From a virus, in IMG/VR virus record IMGVR_UViG_3300025141_011586, positions 1 through 64,000 of that record: DNA of 64,000 bases; one strand, written 5' to 3'. Shown here in pieces: positions 36,152-45,903 of this stretch (positions are counted from its first letter, which is position 1; every line of letters begins with the position of its first letter). The translations under genes were made by a program, and so were the position numbers. The notes beneath the pieces are model-generated. The model was given only the letters and a program-made list of their open reading frames with translations. It did no database searches and had not been told where the DNA came from.

Positions 36152-37086
36152 TAACAGGGGGATGTGGATTCATAGGAGCCCACTTAACCGAGAGACTGCT
36201 TAAAGAGGGGTGGAAAGTAGAAGTAGTAGATAATTTCCGCGAGGGCGATCCCGACAAGCCTCTTCCTGAAGGCGTTAAAGGCGCTATTCTCTGGCCTATG
36301 GATTTTACTGATTCAGTCATACTAGATTCTATAAGGGATAAAAAGTATGATATGGTTTTTCACTTAGCTGCAATCCCTAGAGTGGCCTACTCAGTAGAGA
36401 ATCCAGTGGAGACTACAGATAATAATATTCTAAAGACGGTGAAGTTATTTCACGCTTGTATAGGAAATGTTAAGAAAGTAATATTCTCATCATCATCATC
36501 TGTATATGGCGGTATTTTTGATGGGACAACAGTAATTAAACCTGTCCAGGAGTATATGGCTAGACATCCCAAATCTCCTTACGCTTGGCAGAAAGCAGCA
36601 ATAGAAGATGCTGCTGGCATATTCTCTGACCTGTATGAATTAGATATTATTTGCCTTAGATACTTCAACGTCTTCGGCCCAGGACAAGTTGCCGAGTCAG
36701 CATACTCTACAGTGGTATGTTCCTGGTGTGACGCAATTAAGAATGGTAAGCCTCTCAGGCTGGACGGCAATGGTTATCAGTCCAGAGACTTTTGCTACAT
36801 AGATAACGTGGTAGACGCTAATATTCTAGCGGCTGAAGGTACCGCTCGCGGAGGATGCTTTAATGTCGCTGGAGGTGAACGAATCCCCCTTATAAGGATA
36901 CTAGATTATTGTCAGCAGAAGTTCTCTGGACTAGAAGTAAAGGAAGCCCCAGACAGGAAGGGTGATGTTAGACATACTCTAGCTAGCCTGGAGAAATCTA
37001 AAATGTTTTTGAACTACGAACCGAAGGTACTTTTTTGGGAGGGTCTGGCTAAGACGTTTGATTGGTGGGGTTTAGAGCCTAAATGA
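36133..37086 (+). CDS. NAD-dependent nucleotide-sugar epimerase/dehydratase (extended SDR)
   Basis: TGGCGFIG, HLAA, SSSSVYG, YAWQK, LRYFNVFGP, RDF. Confidence 0.93.
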   Translation: MQRRALVTGGCGFIGAHLTERLLKEGWKVEVVDNFREGDPDKPLPEGVKGAILWPMDFTDSVILDSIRDKKYDMVFHLAAIPRVAYSVENPVETTDNNILKTVKLFHACIGNVKKVIFSSSSSVYGGIFDGTTVIKPVQEYMARHPKSPYAWQKAAIEDAAGIFSDLYELDIICLRYFNVFGPGQVAESAYSTVVCSWCDAIKNGKPLRLDGNGYQSRDFCYIDNVVDANILAAEGTARGGCFNVAGGERIPLIRILDYCQQKFSGLEVKEAPDRKGDVRHTLASLEKSKMFLNYEPKVLFWEGLAKTFDWWGLEPK

Positions 37087-38090
37087 AGGCCTTAATTATA
37101 ACCGATAATCATCTAGGTAATGTTATGCCTGGATACCTGGACGCTCAGATAGAGTGCTTGAAAAATATCTACGAGGGTGGAGGCTACACTCATGTCATAA
37201 TGATGGGAGATGTTTTTATTCGCAGATCACCCAAGCCCACCACACTTCTAAAGTTAATGGATCTCCTGAACTATTATTCGATGTTCAGCGAAGTTCATAT
37301 CCTAAGAGGGAATCACGATTCGGAAACCAAGGCAGACGATGGTATCACTGCCCTTACATTATTCGCAAAATCTAACGTTAACATTTATGAGCACGTAGGT
37401 ATGGATACCTCTATGGGGTGGTTCTTTATACCTCATTATGAAAATGAAAATATTATTAAAAAAACTTTGGAATCTGTCCCTGAAAAGTCTCTGGTATTTG
37501 GTCACTTTGGTTATTCAGATTGCCCTAATATCCTTGGGAGGTATAGTAGCCTTATTACTCTTGATGAGTTTAGGAATCGCACTTTTCTGGGGCATCTTCA
37601 CTCAAATTTTAGAAGAAAAAATGTTACTGTCCTAGGGACTCAGTATACTACTAGCTATGTAGAGGCTGGTAAGACCAATTACTACGGTGTGTTAGAGGGA
37701 GAGCCTTACAACTGGCAGTATAGCCAGAAGAAGGTGCCAGCTTGTGGGGGACCGAGACATTTGGTCTATGCAATAGAGGATCTTTACAATAATTTGGACG
37801 AGATAAATGATCCAGATTACTTCACCTTGCTCAGGGTCTGGGTAGACTCTCTTTCGAAAGAGAATCAGGTTGGCTTACAGGAAGATCTCTATGAGCACTG
37901 CAAGGTTAAGAGTATAGACATTCAGTTTAATCCTGTATTTAGTGAGGAGGAGCTTAGTGATTACGTCCCCTCTTCAGATGTATTTTCTATAACAGATGAG
38001 ATGATAGAGGATTATGTTAACAAGAATACCACCACTCTATCGAAGGGAGACTTAATGCAAGGCTTGGAGTTGTTAAGGCATGAAGATTAA
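37083..38090 (+). CDS. gp47: Recombination nuclease subunit (gp47 / SbcD / Mre11-like)
   Basis: Metallophosphoesterase motifs DNH, GD, GNHD, GH, GHLH; adjacent to an SMC-like ATPase. Confidence 0.9.
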   Translation: MKALIITDNHLGNVMPGYLDAQIECLKNIYEGGGYTHVIMMGDVFIRRSPKPTTLLKLMDLLNYYSMFSEVHILRGNHDSETKADDGITALTLFAKSNVNIYEHVGMDTSMGWFFIPHYENENIIKKTLESVPEKSLVFGHFGYSDCPNILGRYSSLITLDEFRNRTFLGHLHSNFRRKNVTVLGTQYTTSYVEAGKTNYYGVLEGEPYNWQYSQKKVPACGGPRHLVYAIEDLYNNLDEINDPDYFTLLRVWVDSLSKENQVGLQEDLYEHCKVKSIDIQFNPVFSEEELSDYVPSSDVFSITDEMIEDYVNKNTTTLSKGDLMQGLELLRHED

Positions 38091-39678
38091 GAGAATCGAA
38101 ATAAGAAATTTTTATTCTATAAAGGATGTAAAGCTAAACTTCGAGAAGTATAAAGGAATAACCTTGGTTGAAGGGGTTAACAAGGATACGGGAGGTTCTA
38201 ACGGGGCAGGCAAGAGCGCATTATTTGAGGCTGTTGTCTGGGGGTTGTTTGGAAAGACCATTAGAAAATCTACTGAGGCTGCTTTGATTAACAACATTGC
38301 GAACAAAGGGTGCAGTGTTAAATTATTTTTAGATGACGAGGTGGTAATCATAAGGTCGAAGAAGCCTACATCTTTGGAGTTCCGCAAGGGAGAGAAAAGC
38401 TTAACCAGAGCTAGCGCATTGGAGACCCAGAAGATTGTTGAGTCTTACCTGAAGATAGACTACAAGACGTTCATGTCTTCCATGATCCTGGGGCAGCATA
38501 ATAACGTAGACTTCTTGAGCGCAACCCCAGAGGACAAGAGAACAATAATAAAGAACTTTCTAAACCTGGACGAGTTGTTTGGAGTGAGAGAGAAGATAAG
38601 GAGTTACAAGTCTTCTTATAATTCTGAGGCTAAGTCTAAAGTTTCTGTGATTAAAGAACATCTAGGCGAATTAAAAAGGCTGGAGACCAAGGTAAGCGAC
38701 ATAGAGAAGAGTAAACAGGGGTGTGATTTCCCTGAGAACATAAAATCATTCGACCCTAGCGAGGTTGTGAGGCTAGAAAAAGAATATGATGCGGCATGTA
38801 GAGAGATATTTGAGGCGAAGACTGCGATAACAAAGCTAGATGAAGTTAGCCATGAACTTATTTTAAAAATTAACAAGGGGGTGTACGAGGATACTGAGGA
38901 GTGTCCCTCCTGTAATCAAGATGTTAAGGTGTCTCAAACTGAGGAGGACATAGAGAAGTACGACTACCAAGTACATCAGTTTTCTAGGTTAAGAGAAGCT
39001 AAGTCTGACGAGATAGACACGCTGATCAAAAAAAGAGACAGTATTGATGTCCCAATCTCACATAAAAAGTTGTCCGAGTATGGAAAGTTTAATGACCTGT
39101 GCGTTCGTCAAGATACCTTTAGAGAAATCATTGAAACGTTAAAGGTTAAGATTCAGAAGAGGGAAAAAGAGAAAGTTAACAGCCAGACAGATTATGAGGT
39201 GATGAAGTTCTGGGAGAAAGCTTTTTCTGAACAGGGCTTAGTTAGGTTTGTTGTTAGAAATATTTTGGATCATCTAAACAACACTTGCAATAGATTTCTA
39301 TCTCTGGTATCTGGAGCGAAGCTGTCGATAGAATTTGATGAGAAATTAAATGAAAAAATTACTTCCTGCGGTATGGAGGTTCAGCACGTTTCCTTATCAG
39401 GCGGAGAACGTAGGAAGGTTAATGTTTCCATACTGTTAGCTTTACAGAGCTTGTTAAGTTTAACAAAAGAGAACAAGCCAAATCTACTTTTTTTTGATGA
39501 AGTAGCTGAGAATTTAGATGAGGATGGTGTGCAAGGGTTGTATATATTGATGCAAGAATTGAAAAAAACCAAGGATTTGTTTATAATTACCCACAACAAT
39601 CATTTCAAATCTGTATTGGATTTTGATAACAAGATTACTATGATAAAGTCTCGCGGAATATCTAAATTAAAGGAGTAG
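38080..39678 (+). CDS. gp46: Recombination ATPase subunit (gp46 / SbcC / Rad50-like)
   Basis: NGAGKS Walker A, CPSC zinc hook, LSGGE signature, FFDE Walker B, ITH. Confidence 0.93.
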   Translation: MKIKRIEIRNFYSIKDVKLNFEKYKGITLVEGVNKDTGGSNGAGKSALFEAVVWGLFGKTIRKSTEAALINNIANKGCSVKLFLDDEVVIIRSKKPTSLEFRKGEKSLTRASALETQKIVESYLKIDYKTFMSSMILGQHNNVDFLSATPEDKRTIIKNFLNLDELFGVREKIRSYKSSYNSEAKSKVSVIKEHLGELKRLETKVSDIEKSKQGCDFPENIKSFDPSEVVRLEKEYDAACREIFEAKTAITKLDEVSHELILKINKGVYEDTEECPSCNQDVKVSQTEEDIEKYDYQVHQFSRLREAKSDEIDTLIKKRDSIDVPISHKKLSEYGKFNDLCVRQDTFREIIETLKVKIQKREKEKVNSQTDYEVMKFWEKAFSEQGLVRFVVRNILDHLNNTCNRFLSLVSGAKLSIEFDEKLNEKITSCGMEVQHVSLSGGERRKVNVSILLALQSLLSLTKENKPNLLFFDEVAENLDEDGVQGLYILMQELKKTKDLFIITHNNHFKSVLDFDNKITMIKSRGISKLKE

Positions 39679-39680
39679 AG

Positions 39681-41573
39681 ATGAGCATTGCGAAACTGAA
39701 TGAGCTAGGGCAGAGAATATTCGAACAGAGGTATGCCTACCCTGGAGAGAAGGGGTGGGGGGACAGGTCTAAAGCAGTAGCTAATCATGTAGCGTCTGCT
39801 GAGAGTGACCAAAACAAGGAGAAGATATCAAAGAAATTCTTTGAGGTAATTTCCTCTGGTGATTTTATTCCTGGGGGTAGGATTCTATTCGGCGCAGGAA
39901 GAAAACAATATAACCTTCTTAATTGCTACGTGATTATTCCTGAGGATAGCGTGGAGTCTATAGGAAAGACTATTCAGGATGTGTACAAGATTTCCTGTGC
40001 GGGTGGAGGTATCGGGTTTAATTTTAGTAAGATCCGCCCAAGAGGCGATGACATTCAGAACATTCCCAACTCAGCTCCAGGGTCAGTCTCCGTTATGAAG
40101 ATGATAAACGAGATAGGAGATCATGTAAGAGCAGGAAAGAATAGAAGGACTGCTTTGATGGGTATTCTTGATGTTACTCATCCTGATTTACTAGAGTTTC
40201 TTCATGTGAAACTAGACAAGAAGCAACTTTCTAATTTTAATATTTCGGTTGCCGTGACTGACAGATTTTTTGAGGCTTGCGAGAATAATGAGGAGTGGTA
40301 CTTCACATTTAACAGTAGGAAATACTACGTGTATCGCATTGACAGGGAGTCGAACGGCGAGTCTGAGACCATTAGTGTGGTAGGTCTGAACGAGGAGGAT
40401 GCTTTAGCGCGAGCCAGCAATCATTATAGTTTGGGTGCTGAGGATAAATTTACGCTAGTCGATAAGTATCCCCTGATGGCAAAAGAACTTTGGGAAGAGC
40501 TGTGGAGCAATGCTGTGGAGTCTGGAGACCCAGGCATCTTCAATCTGTCCTTAGCTAATAAGTATACTAACGTCTCTTATTTTGAGGAGATGCAGTCTAC
40601 TAACCCTTGTGGCGAAATCAGTTTACCAAGTTATGGAAACTGTTGCTTAGGGCATGTCAATCTTTCTAACATGGTAGTTGATGGGGAGTTTGATTGGAAG
40701 AAGTTTGCTAATGCAGTTCGCACAGGAGTTAGATTCCTTGATGATGTGTTGACCGTAAATTCTTTCCCTACACCAGAATGTCGGGAGGTAGGGCATCGCT
40801 CAAGGAGAGTTGGTCTTGGTATTTTGGGGTACCATTACATGCTTATCAAGCTTGGTATAAAATATGGTAGTGACAAGTGTTTAGAGTTTACTGACCGTCT
40901 CATGGTTACCTTTAGAGACGAGGCATATAAGACATCGGTCTACTTGTCGAGAGACAAAGGGCCATTTGCTGCGTTTGACGCTAAGAAGTATTTAAATGAA
41001 GAATTTGCTAGAACTTTACCTGCGAGAATTAGGATGCTTATTAAAGAGCACGGCATACGAAACGCTGTTATGCTCACCATTGCTCCTACTGGCACTATTA
41101 GCATGGTACATGGAGTATCGTCTGGTATCGAGCCTATCTTTGCTGCTATGTATCATCGTCGTTATAGGGAGAGGAATACTTGGACGGAGACTGTGGTAGT
41201 TGATCCTTTGTTTAAGCATTTCCACGAAGAAGGTCTCCCCTTAGATAATTTTGTGGGGGCCTATGACATTGATCCTAAGCAGCACCTAGCTGTCCAGGCT
41301 GTATTTCAGAGGTACATAGATTCCTGCATTAGTAAAACGATTAACTTGCCTTCTGATGCAGAATCAGACGAACTTAATAAAACTGCGCTGTCCTTTGCGC
41401 CCTACCTTAAGGGGCTAACTATTTACAAGGCAGGGTCTAAGGGACAGGAGCCACTAGAAATTATTCCTTTAACTTCAGAAAATATTAAGAAGTATCTAGG
41501 GGATTCTTCTTTAATAGAGGAGACAGTTTCTGATGGATCAGTCTGTTCTTTAACGGGAGGTGAATGTGGTTAA
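39681..41573 (+). CDS. nrdJ: Ribonucleotide reductase, probably class II (B12-dependent)
   Basis: PGGRIL, NC, TNPCGE, IAPTGTIS, SKTINLP, C-terminal Cys pair; no small-subunit gene adjacent. Confidence 0.85.
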   Translation: MSIAKLNELGQRIFEQRYAYPGEKGWGDRSKAVANHVASAESDQNKEKISKKFFEVISSGDFIPGGRILFGAGRKQYNLLNCYVIIPEDSVESIGKTIQDVYKISCAGGGIGFNFSKIRPRGDDIQNIPNSAPGSVSVMKMINEIGDHVRAGKNRRTALMGILDVTHPDLLEFLHVKLDKKQLSNFNISVAVTDRFFEACENNEEWYFTFNSRKYYVYRIDRESNGESETISVVGLNEEDALARASNHYSLGAEDKFTLVDKYPLMAKELWEELWSNAVESGDPGIFNLSLANKYTNVSYFEEMQSTNPCGEISLPSYGNCCLGHVNLSNMVVDGEFDWKKFANAVRTGVRFLDDVLTVNSFPTPECREVGHRSRRVGLGILGYHYMLIKLGIKYGSDKCLEFTDRLMVTFRDEAYKTSVYLSRDKGPFAAFDAKKYLNEEFARTLPARIRMLIKEHGIRNAVMLTIAPTGTISMVHGVSSGIEPIFAAMYHRRYRERNTWTETVVVDPLFKHFHEEGLPLDNFVGAYDIDPKQHLAVQAVFQRYIDSCISKTINLPSDAESDELNKTALSFAPYLKGLTIYKAGSKGQEPLEIIPLTSENIKKYLGDSSLIEETVSDGSVCSLTGGECG

Positions 41574-41856
41574 GAAAAAAGAGAATAAGAAGTTGCAAGT
41601 TGAGGCTCTAGGTGATAGAGTATTGGTTCAAAGGAAAGATGCAGAAACAGTGACACAAGGTGGAATTATTTTAGCAGAAGGCTCTCAGGAGGAGCCTATT
41701 GAAGGAACTGTTTTTGGTATTGGCCCTGATTGTGTGAGCATAAAGGTAGGAGACATTGTGTTGATGCCTGCTTTTGCAGGGAACCAAGTTACCCTGCGAG
41801 GAAATCAATTTTCTGTTCTAGCGGAAGAGGAAATAATGCTTAGGATTCACGAATAA
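41566..41856 (+). CDS. groES: Co-chaperonin GroES-like
   Basis: LGDRVLV, TQGGIIL, GTVFGIGP, IKVGDIV; GGAGGT SD before GTG. Confidence 0.92.
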   Translation: MVKKKENKKLQVEALGDRVLVQRKDAETVTQGGIILAEGSQEEPIEGTVFGIGPDCVSIKVGDIVLMPAFAGNQVTLRGNQFSVLAEEEIMLRIHE

Positions 41857-41861
41857 TAACG

Positions 41862-42323
41862 ATGCCCTTTTATAGGTTTGAATGTGAGGAGTGTGAAGTT
41901 TCCTGGGAGAAGAAGGCTTCTATGAAAAAAGCTCCACAGAGAAGTCGTTGCGAGACATGCAAAAAGATGAGACCGAGGGTGTATGGTGCTCCCGCAGTGC
42001 ATTTTAAAGGCATGGACTTCGAAACGAATCGTTCACGAGCAGAAAGATTTGCAAAGGAAGGGATGGACAAGGATACTGCCAACGAGTTCCTGAATAACGA
42101 GGTACAATTTTCTAAAGATCGAAGACAAGATAGCGCGAAAGTATACAAGAGAGTGGTCCCAGACTACAAAAAAATGGCAAAGGAAGGCTTGGTTAAGAAG
42201 TGCTCTGATAAAAGAGTAAGAGAGAGGACAGATATTGCTAGAAAATTAACTAGAGATATGCATAATAATGCAGGACTAGATCCACACAAAGACATCAACC
42301 CCAACTTAAATTCTATTTACTAA
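41862..42323 (+). CDS. FmdB-like zinc-ribbon protein
   Basis: MPFYRFECEEC...CETC...R...AVHFKG pattern. Confidence 0.75.
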   Translation: MPFYRFECEECEVSWEKKASMKKAPQRSRCETCKKMRPRVYGAPAVHFKGMDFETNRSRAERFAKEGMDKDTANEFLNNEVQFSKDRRQDSAKVYKRVVPDYKKMAKEGLVKKCSDKRVRERTDIARKLTRDMHNNAGLDPHKDINPNLNSIY

Positions 42324-42334
42324 CAGGTAACAAC

Positions 42335-43666
42335 ATGAAGTACAACTTTTCTGACAACATTCAAAGGGCAATTCTGTATTTGCTTAAGGCAGATAAGGAT
42401 TTCCATCTCCAAATCTCAAACCTTGTTAAGCCTGATCATTTCGAGTTCACTGTTCACAGCAATCTCTTCCTTGCCGTTAGGGGTTACTTTGAACAGTATC
42501 ACAAGCTGCCGTCAGACGATATCCTTATGGAGCTTGTAAAGAAAGAGAAAGGTTCTAAGGAGGATCTCTCAGACTACGAAGACGAGATTCATTATATTAA
42601 CAATCTAGATACCAGCTCCCTCGATAGCAGGGATTATTATCTGGATTTGATTGAGGACTTCGCTAGAAAGCAAGAGGTGAAGGAGGCAATTAGGAAGTGT
42701 GTCGAGCTTGTTAAGGAAGACCGCCTTGATGAAACAGAAGAGACCATCAGAAACGCGCTGATGGTTGCTAGGACTGTCGATTATGGGCAGGATTATTTCT
42801 TGTCTGTGAAAGAGAGATGGGAGAGAGCTAACGCTAGGAAGGGTGATGATAAATTTAAAACTGTGTTGCCTACCTTTAATCATTACTTGGAAGGAGGGCA
42901 CAACGCAAAAGAGCTTTGCATGGTCATTGCTCCCCCTGGAGTAGGCAAGAGTTTGTTCCTAGTTAATCAAGCTGCAACGACATTAATGGAGGGAAAGAAG
43001 GTATTGTATGTATCCCTTGAAATGTCTGAGGATAAGATTGCAAATAGGTTCGACTCGGTTACAACCCTGCTGCCTAACAGAAAACTTAAAGAGACATCGA
43101 CCCAGCTCACTCTGCATGAGAGGCTTGAGATGTTTAAGGAGCATTTCCCTGGCTCCGAGTTGATAATCAAGGAGTATCCTACAGGGCAAGCAACGGTTAA
43201 TACCATCAGGGCTTTACTGGTTCAGCTAAAGAGTTATAAAAACTTTATTCCTGATCTTGTAATTGTAGATTACCTGGAACTTCTTCGCCCCGTGAGGTCA
43301 GTTGATGCTGAGTATATGGCACAGCAGAGAATTTCTGAGGAGCTTCGAGGGCTTGCAGTCGAATACAACTGTTTGGTGTGGACTGCAACTCAAACGAACA
43401 GGGAAGGGAAGAAGGTAAAGCTTATTACAGATGCTCAGTTAGGGGATTCTTACGGAAAGATTAGAACTGCTGACTGGGCTGTGTCACTTAATCAAACCGA
43501 GGAGGAATACGATAACGGGAGGATAAGAGCGTATGTGGTAAAGGCTAGGGATAGCAAGCAAAGATATATTGTTCCTATGGACGTAGACTATACCACTTTA
43601 AGAATGATGGAGGGATCTATTACGGAGGATATGGAAAATGACATCTCGGGTATCTCCGAAATCTAA
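42335..43666 (+). CDS. gp41: Replicative DnaB-like helicase (gp41-like)
   Basis: APPGVGKS, SLEMSE, IIKEYPTG, VDYLELL, TATQTNR, KARD. Confidence 0.92.
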   Translation: MKYNFSDNIQRAILYLLKADKDFHLQISNLVKPDHFEFTVHSNLFLAVRGYFEQYHKLPSDDILMELVKKEKGSKEDLSDYEDEIHYINNLDTSSLDSRDYYLDLIEDFARKQEVKEAIRKCVELVKEDRLDETEETIRNALMVARTVDYGQDYFLSVKERWERANARKGDDKFKTVLPTFNHYLEGGHNAKELCMVIAPPGVGKSLFLVNQAATTLMEGKKVLYVSLEMSEDKIANRFDSVTTLLPNRKLKETSTQLTLHERLEMFKEHFPGSELIIKEYPTGQATVNTIRALLVQLKSYKNFIPDLVIVDYLELLRPVRSVDAEYMAQQRISEELRGLAVEYNCLVWTATQTNREGKKVKLITDAQLGDSYGKIRTADWAVSLNQTEEEYDNGRIRAYVVKARDSKQRYIVPMDVDYTTLRMMEGSITEDMENDISGISEI

Positions 43667-44042
43667 AAAGCATTTATTTTCTAAGCTTAAGGCAAAGAAG
43701 ATTGATACTGTGGATGCAGGATGGAGAGTGTTCAATATCATATATAAGACGGGACTTAAGACCGCTAACGATCCATGTTTTGGGAAGACAGATTTTGATG
43801 CGTGTGAAATTTATCTTGATAGAGGGATGGAGCACGGTTTGGCGAGAGAAACCCTCATACATGAAGTGTTTCACATTATGTTAGAGAGTTGTGGGCTAGG
43901 TGGAGACGAGGATGATGTTGAGCCTCTGTTTGTGAAGAATAATGAATCTTTAACGATGCTCACCAGCAGAGCTTTCTTGTTGTTGGCAAATTTGAACTCG
44001 GAATTATTTAAGATATTATTTTGTGAGGATAAAAATGAATAG
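43638..44042 (+). CDS. Small HExxH metallopeptidase-like protein
   Basis: FGKT...IYLD...ETLIHEVFH...E motif. Confidence 0.65.
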   Translation: MTSRVSPKSKKHLFSKLKAKKIDTVDAGWRVFNIIYKTGLKTANDPCFGKTDFDACEIYLDRGMEHGLARETLIHEVFHIMLESCGLGGDEDDVEPLFVKNNESLTMLTSRAFLLLANLNSELFKILFCEDKNE

Positions 44043-44475
44043 ACTAGAAGAAACGCTGGATGATTTTCAGTGGGAAGTTTACGATGAGATAGCAGCGAAC
44101 ATTGCTAAGATTGACCCTACGAATATTGATGAGGAGCTACAACGACAGGCTCTCACTTACTCAAAGTATTATGGCCTGATGGCTCTATGTAAGGACAAGC
44201 TTAGGGAGGCGGAGCTAGATCTAGAGGTGTTCGTTGCGCGGACGAGGCACGATGAATACACCAGGAAGACAGAATCAGGTGAGAAGATAACTGAGAAGAT
44301 TATGGAAGCATTTGTTTTCTCGCGGCCTGATTATAAGAATTTTGTGAAACAGGTAAGTAACAGGAAATCCCAACACGAGATGTTGAAAGGGCTGGTCGGT
44401 TCTCTATCACAAAGAAAGGATGCTCTGATTCAGATATCATCTAATGCTAGAGCAGAAAAAAATATGTATAGTTGA
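44035..44475 (+). CDS. uvsY: Recombination mediator (UvsY-like)
   Basis: Helical 146 aa; KID..NIDEEL..Q...Y, KITE, RKDALI pattern; next to SSB. Confidence 0.6.
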   Translation: MNRLEETLDDFQWEVYDEIAANIAKIDPTNIDEELQRQALTYSKYYGLMALCKDKLREAELDLEVFVARTRHDEYTRKTESGEKITEKIMEAFVFSRPDYKNFVKQVSNRKSQHEMLKGLVGSLSQRKDALIQISSNARAEKNMYS

Positions 44476-44504
44476 TTTACTTTTTTGAAACATTCTGCTA
44501 TGAT
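44476..44504 (+). promoter_or_regulatory. Sigma70-type promoter for SSB
   Basis: TTTACT-17 nt-TATGAT with extended TG; GGAG SD downstream. Confidence 0.6.
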
Positions 44505-44546
44505 ATACTAACGTAATAACAAACTAACTAACTGGAGAAAAAATTA

Positions 44547-45287
44547 ATGGCAATCGATTTAGAAGCACTGCGGAAGAAGCACGAAGAACTTAGCGGGAAC
44601 AAGTCTGATCAGACCTTTCTGAATAATTTCTTGCGCTTGGAGGACGGAACTAATTTGGTTCGAATTCTTCCTTGGAAGGATGACGAGAAGGAGTTCTATG
44701 CAGAGACCAAGATCCATAGAGTGGAGATGTCGGACGGCAACGTCAGAAATTTTCATTGTAGGAAGGTTCACAACGAGGCTTGCCCACTTTGCGATGCTTA
44801 CTTTAAGCTGTGGAAAATGTCGAGCGACAAGGATGATGAGTTCGCAAATAAGGCTAGGCAGATCAAGCCCAGAGAACGTTACTACATGAACGTAGTCGTT
44901 CGGGATTCTGAAGAGGACCAGAAAGTTAAGATTCTTTCCGTGGGGCAGATAATTTTTAAGAAAGTTATCAGCACCATGCTGGATGAGGATTTTGGGGATA
45001 TTACTGATCTTCAGACAGGCCATGACTACAAGATCATCAAGGTTATGGATGGTCCTTGGCCTAAGTATGATCAAAGCCAACCAAGGCCGAAGGCAGAACC
45101 CGCAGGAAGTAATCAAGACATCTCTGCGTGGATGGAGTCACTTCATGACATCCATGAGCTTGTTAAGCTTGAGGAGTATGATGCTGTTAAGGAGGTTGCC
45201 GAGGGTATGGTTCCTTCGGAAGATCGACCAATGGAATCCTCTGGCGAAGAAGAGGATAATGAATACTTGAAGAACTTGAAGGGGTAG
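44547..45287 (+). CDS. gp32: Single-stranded DNA-binding protein (gp32-like)
   Basis: VRILP, H...C...CPLC zinc site, RYYMNV, DITDL.TG.D, YDQS, acidic C-terminus. Confidence 0.85.
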   Translation: MAIDLEALRKKHEELSGNKSDQTFLNNFLRLEDGTNLVRILPWKDDEKEFYAETKIHRVEMSDGNVRNFHCRKVHNEACPLCDAYFKLWKMSSDKDDEFANKARQIKPRERYYMNVVVRDSEEDQKVKILSVGQIIFKKVISTMLDEDFGDITDLQTGHDYKIIKVMDGPWPKYDQSQPRPKAEPAGSNQDISAWMESLHDIHELVKLEEYDAVKEVAEGMVPSEDRPMESSGEEEDNEYLKNLKG

Positions 45288-45288
45288 T

Positions 45289-45837
45289 ATGAAGAAAATC
45301 TTTTTGTTAGGAGTCCTGTTGGTTTTTTCAGCAGGGCTGGCAAGTTGCAGTGTATTTGATTGGGTTAACGATAAGGACCTCGTTATCACCACAATCGATC
45401 AGGTTAAGGAAGGAAGCAGAGGAGACTTGGTTGTTCTTCCCACCGAGAAGATTCCAGAAAAGTATAGAGAATCTTGGAAGGACGATGTGGTTGTAGTAGC
45501 ACCAGAGGACTCCTTAAAGCCAGACGCAGCGTTCGTTCCACTGTCCACTGAAGGAGATAGCTGGGACATGGGGGCAGTTGGTACCCTGTTGTCCGCTGCG
45601 GCAAAGGCTGGAGCTACCTTCTTCCCCCCTCTAGCGGGGCTGGAAGCTCTATTGCTCTTGCTGTTTAGGAGAAAGCGAGAGCATTACAAGAATGCTATGA
45701 AATCTATCCTGCCTGTTAACGGTAGTGTGGATTTGACAGAAGGTGTAAAGAGTGTTGGAAGAGCGTTGGGCATGGTTCACTCTTCGGAGTCTAGCAAGGA
45801 GGCTTTCGAGGATGATAAGTTAGCGGAAAAGAGCTGA
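45289..45837 (+). CDS. Predicted lipoprotein with an internal hydrophobic segment
   Basis: MKK + hydrophobic core + LASC lipobox; second hydrophobic stretch ending LLLLLFRRKR. Confidence 0.7.
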   Translation: MKKIFLLGVLLVFSAGLASCSVFDWVNDKDLVITTIDQVKEGSRGDLVVLPTEKIPEKYRESWKDDVVVVAPEDSLKPDAAFVPLSTEGDSWDMGAVGTLLSAAAKAGATFFPPLAGLEALLLLLFRRKREHYKNAMKSILPVNGSVDLTEGVKSVGRALGMVHSSESSKEAFEDDKLAEKS

Positions 45838-45854
45838 CAATATAGTTGGACCGT

Positions 45855-45889
45855 AAGAGGGCGGGGGTGATTCCTCGCTCTCTTTTTTT
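45855..45889 (+). terminator. Intrinsic terminator
   Basis: AAGAGGGCGGGGG-TGAT-TCCTCGCTCTCTT followed by a T run. Confidence 0.8.
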
Positions 45890-45892
45890 ATC

Positions 45893-45898
45893 TATTAT
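45893..45898 (+). promoter_or_regulatory. Leaderless-type -10 hexamer for the glycan operon
   Basis: TATTAT-atttc-ATG(45904) directly after a terminator; no SD. Confidence 0.6.
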
Positions 45899-45903
45899 AT
45901 TTC

